Assembly (NCBI GenBank): GCA_000934665.2
Contig: JYFJ02000322.1
Location: 1 to 64,000, forward strand
Source of the DNA: Catajapyx aquilonaris
Taxonomy: Eukaryota
Reading direction: 5' to 3'
DNA: 64,000 nt
The notes under the pieces are model-generated. The model was not told where the DNA came from and made no database searches. It saw only the letters and a program-made list of their open reading frames with translations. Positions 13,801-25,000 of the stretch are shown one piece after another. The position numbers and the translations under genes were made by a program. Each line of letters begins with the position of its first letter. Position 1 is the stretch's first letter.

Positions 13801-16332
13801 CATGTCCAAACTAGTTGAGCAGATGAATCAGTTTGTGTATCTGGGCAGTTGTATCATAAAAAATTGTCGTTTTTTCCCCCTGCGAGTTATCATGTTGCGT
13901 GATAAGATTGAAGTGAGGTGCAGTTAATCCGAGTACGTACAGTAGGAGTGGAATGGTGCAGCAGACAGTTTTTGAATAGAAGCTGGGAAGTGGCACGGAC
14001 GCCCATTTTCCTAGGCTTTTCATGCCCTGAGTCTTTATGACCTCCCGTGCAATTGCTGCTCAAATGGATCCGGGCCGCAGAAGCAGCAACCACTTCTATT
14101 TCAGCTCTTCCCAAGCTGGATGCGCCACTCGTAAAAAGTGGATATTATTACAGAAGAAGATTAGTTGCACCAGGGAGGCAAGTAGGATCATGCCTCTTGT
14201 GCCCCATGTACGACGTCAGTGGGTTATGTCCAAACTATTCGGTTGTTACACCTGTGATCAATATACAGTATTTTTCCTAATGAACGAGCTTATGGAGCTT
14301 ATGGAGCCCGAAGCATTATTGGTAATATATTATGCTACTAGGCCACTATGTACACCGGAATAGAGCTATTTAAAAACCGATTATATTGTTTGCTACATTC
14401 TAGTACGCAACATTTTCGCATAAATTTTCAGCGGGAAATGTGCCCAAATTTTCTTCATAAAATGTGTAACTTTTTGGGATGGCTTTTTCACAAGTGTCAT
14501 TGCTTTCAGCCTGAAGGCATTAAACACCCACATTTTGCGGTGAGGAGGAGTAATGGGTGGGGTTTGAGAGGGGTAAAAAGAATCGATGAGAAGGTGATGG
14601 GACGGGCTGCTGCTGCCCAGACAGCCGGGGGAGGAGGAGGGAGGAAGGAAGGGAGGGAGAGAAAAAGAAGATGAAATCCGATATCAAGCCAGCAAAATTA
14701 TTTAGCTCTGGGACTGTGGTCGAGTTCTGTCATCAACTTTGACTAGCCGTGCGCTATTGCTGTAGATAACTTGGGCCCGTGTCGGAAAAAAAAAGTTTCA
14801 GACAAACTGTCTTGGCTCGATACAATCATCAGTGAAGGTATATAGCTTGCAGGCTTCAGAGTGCCAGTATACGTTTGTCTAAAACTTTTTCGGACATTAC
14901 ACATTACATGTGGGCGTTTACAGTTACTCACCAGATTCGCAAAAGATTGAACGATGAATATGAAAACAAGCATTCTGAAAAATGTGTTTAGTGTAATCAT
15001 CATTTTTTTCGGAATCTTACTCAGATTACTTTGTAATCCTTAATTTGTATGTGGTAATAATAAGTTTATTATGTGTGAAAGTCGTAATAACACATACATG
15101 CACCCTCTATAATACACAAGCACGAAAGTCGAAAGTCACGGACCATAAATAGTTATACAATAGGCTGCAAAGGTCACTGCCGGTGGACAAAGATGCAGTG
15201 AATTGTTAAAGTGTTTCACAAGTGTGTGTTTACAGGCGAGTATGTTATTTTAGGCTCACAGGAGCCAAAGGTCGCAAAACTCGACAGATTATTCTACGAG
15301 TTATGTGGTAGCTTTGTTGTTAAATCACACAGCGACTTCTGACCAATTTGTATCTCAATTTTTCTTATATTACTCTTAAAACAAGTGGTCTAATCTTGAC
15401 GCTTCTCTTTCTAAAGGTTGGTATCTTTAAACTCATGTAACGTCAGCTTCAGGATTCAGTTTTTTAAAAGACATCCCTATATACTAGTATAGATCGATAT
15501 ATACGACTCTCTAACGCCGAATCCAGACCAGTCCGTAGTGAACAAATGTCATTATTTCGCCGCGCTGTTCCTCTCCCACCATAAAAAAAACTTGAGAATT
15601 TTTCAGAGCCTGTTCTATTATCGTTTCCAGTGCTGGTGATCTTTTTTATATATCTCATCAGAACTTGTTGAAAACTTTGGGATTAATCTATAGATGAAGT
15701 TGTACAGTGCGATCATCAACAGAAGTTTGTTTATCGATTTTCTTTAGAACATGACTTTTCTAGACGATTGAATCTGAAAACTTTTCGTTCATTAAATAAT
15801 GACATTTACGCAAGGGAGCTAACTTTGACAAAAACCGGTTGAAATTTTTTAAAGCATTTTATTAGATGAATGCAACATTTGTTGTCAGTATGCAGAATGT
15901 TCATGCAAATTTATAAAAATATTTTCTGCAGAATATGGGAAAAAAATATCGCCAGTGTCTTGTGTGGTGTTATAAAAATGGACTCGAGGTAGATATCCGA
16001 TGCGAGAGGAGAAAACAAGTTGGGAGCTTTGGTTGCAGGTGGGGATAACGTGTGGATCATTCCTTCCTGAAGACGAGGAAGTTTTCACGGATGATTTTTC
16101 TCTCGGCGGATTGCGGAATTGAGTTTCCGCATCGTTCCGTCGCGAAAAAAAAAACGCGAGATGATGCCATTTCAGATACCCTTGCTGAAATGGCCAGACA
16201 GTTTTCTAACCCTCTCCAGAAAAAATATATATATATATTACGTCTGCTGAAGATGCCGAGCCTTTTCAGCCAGTCTCCGAATAATCTTGTTATTTTTCAT
16301 GCAACCGGATCGGGCTAAAATTGCCAATTTAG

Positions 16333-16399
16333 TATCGATCATATATGATCGATATTAAAGTTTGCACCAAATTCTACAGCGTATACGCTGTAGAATTTG
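16333..16399. repeat. Two adjacent perfect palindromes (22 bp and 32 bp)
   Basis: tatcgatcata|tatgatcgata (16333-16354) and caaattctacagcgta|tacgctgtagaatttg (16368-16399). Confidence 0.93.
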
Positions 16400-18178
16400 A
16401 ACAAAGTTGTGAACCGCAATTGAACGTACATGAGCTTCTCCAAAAACTTGCAAACAATGTACACATCATCACTATAAAAGCTAAGCTGTAATTAGGTGTT
16501 TCTTAATACGCTTTCTCATCATTAACCCCATCAGTTAATTTACTCCTAAGCAATTTTCCACCAGCAAGGTGGAAGAACCACCCCATAATTTTTGAAAGCA
16601 CCAAAACTTCGTTGCACAACATTCCCTCACAATATAACCATTATGAAATACGATAATACTACAGGAAACACCCCCCTCCCCCCCCAAAAAAAAAATCAAT
16701 TCCGTGTAGGAACCAGGCGTTTTAGTGTTAAGTTTCGTGACCCTTTTTTCCACATTCTATCGTCCATATAAATAGCCAACGTTCCTTGAAGTCGAATAGC
16801 CGTCGTGTGAAGCTGAACCAAATGGCTCTAAGCTCACGAGACCTAGGCTAGCTATCGGGCGTCTCCATCGTTAGTTTGGTCTCTCGCAAGCAAGCCGGTA
16901 ATTGCCCTCTCGACCTCATAAGGTGCCACCCTAATCGATTGCAAGGAAAAGGGGGGGGGGGGGNNNNGGGGGGGGGGGGGCAACCCCTAGAGTGCTCCGG
17001 ATTTAGGAAATGTCTCTTTCTTCTGTTTCTTTTCTGTTAAGGACGTCAAGGGCGTCCATGAGATAAAGTTTCGGATTTTTTAATAAAAAAAAGCACAATC
17101 TGTCACAAAATATGAATGTAATTAATTGCTGAAAAGTGTTTTGACAAAATACATCAGTACCGGTAAGATAGAACCAGTTTGGGCCAGGAAATGAAACTCT
17201 ACATTGATAGCATGAAATTGGGAGTATATTCTGGAAGCCTCTATTAGGACCTCCCATGAGAGAGAGAGAGAGAGAAAAAAATTCGACTGAGATTCTATCT
17301 CGTGTGCAGAAGGAATGTTGTTATTGAGATGCGGAGTAGTTCCATTTCGGGTAAACTGAAATTGGAACTGGTTCCCTTGCTGATCAACATTTGAATGTGG
17401 GCGTGGAAAACCACCATATCGAACGAACGTTCGTTTTCGGCAGAGCTATTCTACATTCCTATATGTGCTGCGAGTAAAGTAGAAGCAGCAGGGAATATTA
17501 GTTGAACTTCCACGGTTCCAATTTGAAGTCAACATTAAACTTTCTATAGGGAATGACTGAAATTCAGAGTGTTGCAGTACTTCAGTATCCAAGTTCAGAG
17601 CAAACAACACTGCACCTACCTCGCCTATTCATGTACAGTACTTCACAATCCATATAGAGCATCAGGTACACATGTACTGTACATACTAAACAGCTGGGAA
17701 ACAACTCCACAAAATATGTACAGGGTTCTGAACAACAGCATTTGAAGTGTTCCACTTCATTGCTAATTATGTTATGATTTACAGGGCATTTTCACTCTTG
17801 CCTTGTACCATTAGTGAGACGTTACACGAGGCAAAATTATATGAATTTTTTTCGCAACTACGGACAGGAAGAAAATGGGCTTTAAGTGAGGGGAAAATGC
17901 TTCAAAAGCCTTTGTGGCATATGCCAAGAGCCATTACGCGATCCGTTTTTCCCAGAAAACCAAAAGATGTCTCCTTTTCTCAAGCTCCTTGACGGCGTCG
18001 CGTAAATGCCATCACGAAATCGGGGAATTTTTTGACTGTCGCCAAGAAGAGCTTTCTCAGGCTTTGAAATTCCTTAAGAGCAGTTGGCGTATTGTGTCAC
18101 CGTTGAAGACAAAAGTTTGGCCAAATTTTTAGAGCCCATGCTGCAAGTGCTGCAAGGAGTATACTATAAGCACTATCA

Positions 18179-18440
18179 GGGCGACACGGTGGCGGAGTGG
18201 TTAGCGCCGCAGCCTTCCACCTCTAAGGTCCCGAGTTCGATCCCCGGGTCGGACGGAGGATACTTATGTGGATAGAGTTTCGATGGGTTCTCTCCGTGTT
18301 CGCGTGGGTTTTCTCGGGGTTCTCCCGTTTCCTCCCACTATCAAAATCCATCACATTTCAGGCAAATGATTAAAGTCGGTAATTCAAAAGATGATCCCCT
18401 AAGAGGCCCAAGGGGCCTATCACGGGGTATCCATTATTAT
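18179..18440 (+). mobile_element. tRNA-derived SINE with V-SINE-like central core
   Basis: Has an A box (tggcggagtgg), a B box (gagttcgatcc), a core gttctctccgtgttcgcgtgggttttctcggggttctcccgtttcctcccac, and an (ATT)n tail. Perfect 17-bp direct flanks tactataagcactatca at 18162-18178 and 18441-18457. Confidence 0.9.
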
Positions 18441-18978
18441 TACTATAAGCACTATCACACTAAAATTTACAGCCCTCTTCCTGACCTTTTTCACAAAAAC
18501 TGCTAAAATTCTGCTCACATCTCGCGCAAAACTGCGGGGGAACTATCCTAGCAAAACAATGCAACGAACCACAGAGAGCCAGGATTAGACCCGAGGGCGG
18601 CCGCTTCATTTTGGAAGCAAAATTGGCTGCCGAGGTGCCATGGGACCTCAAAGTTCATGCAAAAATAATTTTGCCAGAAAATTGAATAGTTCGTTAGCTT
18701 ACACTTGACCAGCCTTGCGAAACCCGAACTATTTCTGCAAGAGTGGTATTTGCAAAAAAAAGCTGCATAATTTGCAGTATATGTTCGTGGTTAATAATGA
18801 ATTGATAATTAATTAAAATGAAAATATTGGGAGGAAAAAATTACATTTTATGTTTTTTTCCCCTATTTTGCAGTGTGTACGAGTGAAGTGTCCCCAGAAG
18901 TGAGACAGAGTGCAAGTCTCAAAGTGTTACAGACGTTACGACTTTCTCCACCAGTGCGGTCCATCTACCCCAGCCAAG

Positions 18979-19037
18979 ATTTCGTTCTCAAGCTTCAAGC
19001 AATCATTCACCTCCAATGTCAACTACCTGAGAAGAAG
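18979..19037 (+). CDS. Syn: Synapsin coding exon 1 (domain A start; exon probably begins at 18874)
   Basis: Reads (I/M)[18 protein letters not shown]+AG, then donor gtgagg at 19038. Strong acceptor tttttttcccctattttgcag ends at 18873. Confidence 0.88.
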
Positions 19038-22000
19038 GTGAGGTCCAGCTGCTATTGAGCGATAGTCGCCTTTACAAAAAAAGAAGGGGAAAAAAAGCGA
19101 ACGTAAATCAAGTTGACGTTTCCACTGATGCCGTCCGCAATTTCTGACGTAACTTGAAGACGCTGATAGAACGCTCTTTCCATTACTTATCGGTTCAGAC
19201 ATACCACATGTCACTCTGGTATGGTTCGAACCGAAAACCTGAACGTGTTTGTTATGAAAGTTTTTGGCTTATATGTCACGGATCACTTACATTCATTTTT
19301 GAGTTATATCATTGCAATGACATGTTCCGCCAACTGACTGTTGCCATGGTGAAGAAGGCTGTTAGATTATCCTTGTTTTTCCAACGTCGTTTGATTGCTG
19401 GCTCCAGAAGCACGGCCCAAGGCAGTTGTCGTGGAAACATCCCTCGTTCGTATATTGCTTTTTGAGTATTGAAGAATATAGGGTCAACAACAAGATGAAA
19501 ATTGCATGAAGGATGTCCAAGGCAACACCAAACACGAAATGATATAACAACGGTAAAAGTAATTGATCGAATTTTCGTCCCACTGCTAACTTAGCCATGG
19601 CCAACACTGGCACTGCTAAGTTAGCAGTAGCACCAATGTTGCTGAGACTATAGATCAGCGGAATAGCCTTTTAGCGACTCACAGCTGCAAAATATTGACT
19701 ATCACCCGATCCTTTTGGCTTTCCCCATAAAGAGTCTTGCAAGTCCATGTCAAGTGTGGTAAATATGGGGGGAATTTTGGCCACTCTTGAGCCAGTTTCC
19801 AGACCTTCGATCCATGGTGGCGCCCTGGTGTCGTAAGTTCAAGGAATAGCACAATTTCTTTTTTTTTTTCGTCTGTCAGATTCAGTTTGCTGCTTTCCTT
19901 CGGGTGCTGGAGCAAACATTTGGGGATTACTTCAAATCGGGTGTGGTGGGTGAGTGCTTTTTTCCATTAATGAATCCAGATGAAACGTGTTTGTCAATTT
20001 AAATTTGATCCTAAATTGCAAAATTTGAAAACACGTTTTGGCCGTGCTTATTGTGTTTTGCGATTGCACGAGGATTTGCGAGTTGAGTTGAAAACAGCCC
20101 ATGCGCTTGTCAGTGTCACGAGTTACCGGATATTGATGATCGATACCAAGGGTAGACTCATATAATTGGTTGTATTTTGTTGATGCCAGATATACGCTGC
20201 AGGTTTGGTCGCATTCATAACTGCGATACAAGCAGACAGGATCATGTTAATGCCAAAATATAGTTTGGGTCGTAAAGAGGATTAAGTAAAAACACCAGGA
20301 TTATTATCACTAGTAGCTGTTATTCTAAATACTTTTGATCTCCTTGATCTCTTACCATTTGATGACAGGGGTTTGAAAGCAGCAATCGTAAAAAAAAGCA
20401 AATTTTATATCGCAGGAGATTTGACCCATTCAAGCCTGCAAAGCGCCCGCATTATTGGCCATATATTAGTCTGGCACACAAAAAAAATCTAGTCCAGAAG
20501 CAATAAAAAGCCGGTTTGCGTTTTTCCTCGAGCTGGAGACCTCCCTTTGGGCTCACTTCCGCTTCATAGCATTCATTTAGAGCGTTTCAGTCGCACGCTG
20601 ATTCCCAGTAAATGCGGAAATGTCTGGAAATCCTATTACTCTCCAGGGACACCAGCGGGGGTCACCTTTCTGTCCTGCTGGCAGATGACATTTGCAGGTC
20701 GTCCCATTACGACCTGGGGGATTGACCATGTCTTTTTTTTCCAGGTTTTCATCGGGGGACTTGTCCTCCGAGTACGATGAGGAAGGTAAAGGCCCGGGTG
20801 GGCCGCAGGGTCCGCCCGGGGAAGGAGAAGAAGGTCCAGTGTCTAGGGGCCGTCCGCCCCCGAGCAGTATGGGCGGCGGGGGCATGGGTGGGGCCGGCCC
20901 GCAGCAGAACGACCTGAGCCTGAACCTGCGAGGGGGCAGTAAGACCACTAGTGCCCCTAGTTCTCCAGCCAAGACCAGAGAAAGCTTCCTCCAGCGTGTC
21001 CAGAGTCTCACTGGAGTGGCCAGGACAGAGGCTACTCAGCCTTCCAGACCTTCCTACAACAAGGATAGGTGCTACACCTTATTGGTCATCGATGACCAGA
21101 ACACAGACTGGTGAGTGTCCGTTCATTTTGTCATGTCCAGTGCGGTAGTACATATGTGTCTCATTACAGGTCCAAGTACTTTAGAGGCAAGCGACTTCCG
21201 GGCGATTATGACATTCGGGTAGAACAAGCCGAGTTCAGAGAACTAGGAATATCAGCTGGATGTGACGCTGGAACGCAGGTGTCCATGGCTGTCTTCCGCA
21301 ATGGTACCAAGGTGGTTAGGTAAGCAAACTTTCTGCAACCAATAATTCATCGCGTTATAATCGGCGTTAATTAGCGGACCGCACTTTCCGCCCTTTAGAA
21401 ATATTGCGCGTGTTAAATCCAACTTTTGGGTTCTCTCTTCCTTCTTAATCCAATTTGTAAACACAACTCGACTGCCATCCCGAAGCCTTTGAGTGCTTGT
21501 CGGTCTAATTAATCCTCGACATGCCTTGTCATTTGGCCTCACCCCCAGGCAACAATGTCTGGGCTTAAGCCAGGAGTGTGTACCAGGCCAGTGACAACCA
21601 AATTACTAGATTTTCCCCTGCACAGCCCTGTGAGCTTGGCTATAGTAGTATCGACTATGAACTAGGCGTATTTTTTGTTGTCTGCAACGCAATTTTGGAT
21701 CCTCCATTCAGAAGGCTGGACTAAAGTGGCAAGTGTAAGGTACGGCGTAGGACGTGGTATGTGTTCCGAAATTCCAGCTCCGGAGGAATTTCGTACTGGT
21801 ATGTGCCGAGTGGGGAATATAAATTCGGGCTCTAAGCGATCGTACAGTCGCAAAGAGCAGGGTTTGAACTGGGTTAAAAAATATTCGGAATTCCTGCTGG
21901 TGTAACGAGGTCAGACCTGTAACGAGTGGACTGTGTAATCAGATTATACCTAAGTTATAGGAATTAAAATGAAATGTTTTGATCAACTGACTGTATCATC

Positions 22001-25000
22001 GGAGTTACGGATCGTGATCATATAGGTTTTGGTTAGTTTCAAATTAATTTCCTGTAATAAACATGGGCACACGTGTAGGTTATATGCCCAATGGATCAAT
22101 AAACTCACCGTGTACAGGAAGCCCGTGACCAGGTGTGAGGGAAGCGGTGATTGCAAAAGCGGCCTTTTGTAATTGTGCAATATTTTGCGAGCACAAAGAG
22201 ATGATGTGGTTCCGGCTAACTTCATTCACAGTGTCAATGAAGAAGCCAACTATGCAACATACTCTCTCTCTGCGGTGTATAGTGAGGCTTGCTGCATGAT
22301 TCGCATGAATTGACATTTTAGTTAAATAGTTCATGAAGCTTTAATGTATTATTCACCAATTTAGCTGTCAATTTTTCATGTTTTTTTCTGAAAACTTTGT
22401 TTCCATCATTGGGCTACTATTGGCCGTTATTATTTTATTCACGTGTGACGTGATTACAAAAATTGACACTTTTTTTTGCAATTCCGCAATTACTCATGTC
22501 AGTGACGTTTGCCATCCCCATTAATGTGGGTGTGGGCACGTGCCAGCTTCTAATCTTCGTAAGAGATATAACTCTCTGAATCGACTGGAGTGGTGTTACC
22601 TCCTTTTCGAAACCCAAGCCGAGCGCCCCCCCTGAGCCCCGTGATATTCTGATAAACCCTAACAATGGCTGAAATATCTTCGCGTTGGAGCTTATCGGAG
22701 CTTCCAAAACATAAAGCATTTTCGAGTGGGGGGTGAACGTCGATGTCACCAGGAGAGGGAATCGCGGTCTCTTCATGAAGCAGTTAAACAGCCCAGGCAA
22801 AAGCGTGGGCGTCAACACGTATCCAAGGCAACAACAATCATTAAAGAGGTTCCAGAGCAGGCAAATCGAAGTGAGCTGCAAGGGAAGGGCTGGTCTTGAA
22901 AGGAGCTTAATCCGCCCTAGAGCAGCAGTCAAAATGAGCCTACGGCCGGAAAAGCCCACCCATCACTATGCTATTGGCGACTGGCACAACCATGTAAGTA
23001 CTTTTAGATCTTACTCTGGTCACACACCATAAGCGAGCTTTACAATGTAATAGTTGGAAACACTAGAATGTGTATTGTTCAGCCGATTCAACAATGTTAG
23101 GGCTTATTTTGTCAATATTGTACAGAATTGAGTGGCATTATAGCGGTTATTGTTGGATTATTGGAGTGTAAGCCCAGCTCGTGCGATGGGTAATTTGATG
23201 TGAGTATCAGTTTATCGACTGGTCTGCATTGTGTTGATGATACACTTGGTGTCTGGTTTTAACTGGAACGCACAGTGGACTAGAATACAGTAAAAATAGC
23301 TGCCCACGCAGGATAGAGAGGCCATGAAGCCAGGGCTGGGGGTGAGTTGTTAAAATTCCGATTTCCCTTTGGAGTAATGCGCAGTAAAACCGGGTTCGAA
23401 GGACAGTTCCATCAAGAGAGGAGGCTTTAACACTATTGCAAAGCGTGGCAGAGAACGTTGGATGCACACGATTTTGTCTATCACACGCTTTTGAATGGTA
23501 ATTGGATTTAATTTCAAATTAAATTAATGGCAGATTGAATGGTTGGATCGCCATCAGAGACGCTGGGAATTCGATTATTTAGCCTGAATCTTAATTCTAC
23601 ATTTTTTTTCAAATCCCGAACCTTGTCAGGTGTGGAGACTTGCGAACCAGTCCGAGGTGTCCCAGGACGACTCGATGCGTGTCCGTCACGATTCCCGTCA
23701 CGTCCGTAACGACACTCGCATCCAGACGGAATGGGACACGCACCGAAACGACTTGCGACTCAGGGAGAGGATCATCGAGATGGACAACTGGAGGATCGCC
23801 CTGGTCCGCACCCTGGACGAGACCCAGGAAGAGATAGACGCCATGGTGCAGGCCAAGAAGGACGTGGAGAACGCCCTGTTCGCCAAAAACCTGCCGTTGC
23901 AAGTGGCCGAGGAGTGCCTGACCATACGTGACCACAGGATGGGTCACGACCTGGCCAGGAACGGGGTGGACAAGGAGCTGAACAAAGAAGTGGCAGTGCT
24001 CCAGGAGATCCGGCACCAGCTCAAGACCAAGAGCGAGCAGGGATTCGACACTCTCAACCGCCTCCAGTCAGTCTTCCAGAAGCTCAGAGAAGACATCACG
24101 GACAAGACCTGCGCCATAGACATCGACTACTACTGCCTGGATCTGGACCCAACCAAGCCCAACATCAGCTACAAACCGGAGGCCACCAGGATACCCAAAG
24201 GTGCACATGAAAACAATATTTCTTTCTCCCGTGACCCCAAGAGCTATGCCGGCGGTTTCTGTCTCCATCTGTCCCACCTTTGTGTCTTCTTTGCTCTGGC
24301 TCCTTTCTAATAAACCTAATATTTCTACTGTAGTTGACCTAATGTCTTAACACACACATTTCCAAAAAAAGGTACCATCAGCATCGCGGCCTGGGAGGAG
24401 CACTCGAGGTACAACAAGCTGAGGGCAGACAACGAGAAAGACGCGTCTCGTCGCCTGAGAGAGGACATGGGTCTGACCATAAAGCAGACGGATTACGACA
24501 CGAAGGCCCAGCAGGAGGCGACGGACTTCGAGCTGAGGAAGCGTGTGCACGAGACTCAGAAGGCCATCAACGAGCTGGAGTGGCAGAAGTCTCAGCTGGA
24601 ACAGGAGATCGATCGCCTGGAAAAGGAGATATCGGCCATGGAGGAGGACTTCAGGTCCAGGTCCAAGACAGGCTCGCTGAGGGTGGCCCAGACGCGTCTG
24701 GAGACAAGGACGTACCGACCAGGGTTCGAGCTGGTGCGGGACGTGCCGCAGTACGGCCTGAACGCGGAGATACAGCAGATCGAGGAGACAATGAGGAGGC
24801 TGCAGGCACAGCTGGACCAGTCCAGGGAGCAGCTGAACGAGCTGAACCAGCAGCTGTACATCGTGAACGAGGATCTGAACAACAAGAAGGCCAGTCTAAC
24901 CCTGGAGCAGAGGTGCCAGGAGAGGAGGGCGGCGACGCGACCCAAGAAGGTGCAGGACAAGTACGACCCCGTGGATAGGAACATGGTCATGGTCGGGGTG

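Noticed and set aside
16951..16980. Long G run with NNNN (and C run with N at 257-277)
   Set aside because: Homopolymer sequencing or assembly uncertainty, not a supported biological feature.
22435..22959. 174-aa - strand ORF over the tektin upstream region
   Set aside because: No homology recognised. It overlaps the tektin promoter and first exon and is likely a chance ORF.
23609..24990. Antisense and alternate-frame ORFs over tektin (similar ones at 20577-21011, 49553-49873, 50962-51353)
   Set aside because: Shadow ORFs caused by G/C-rich third codon positions of the real exons.
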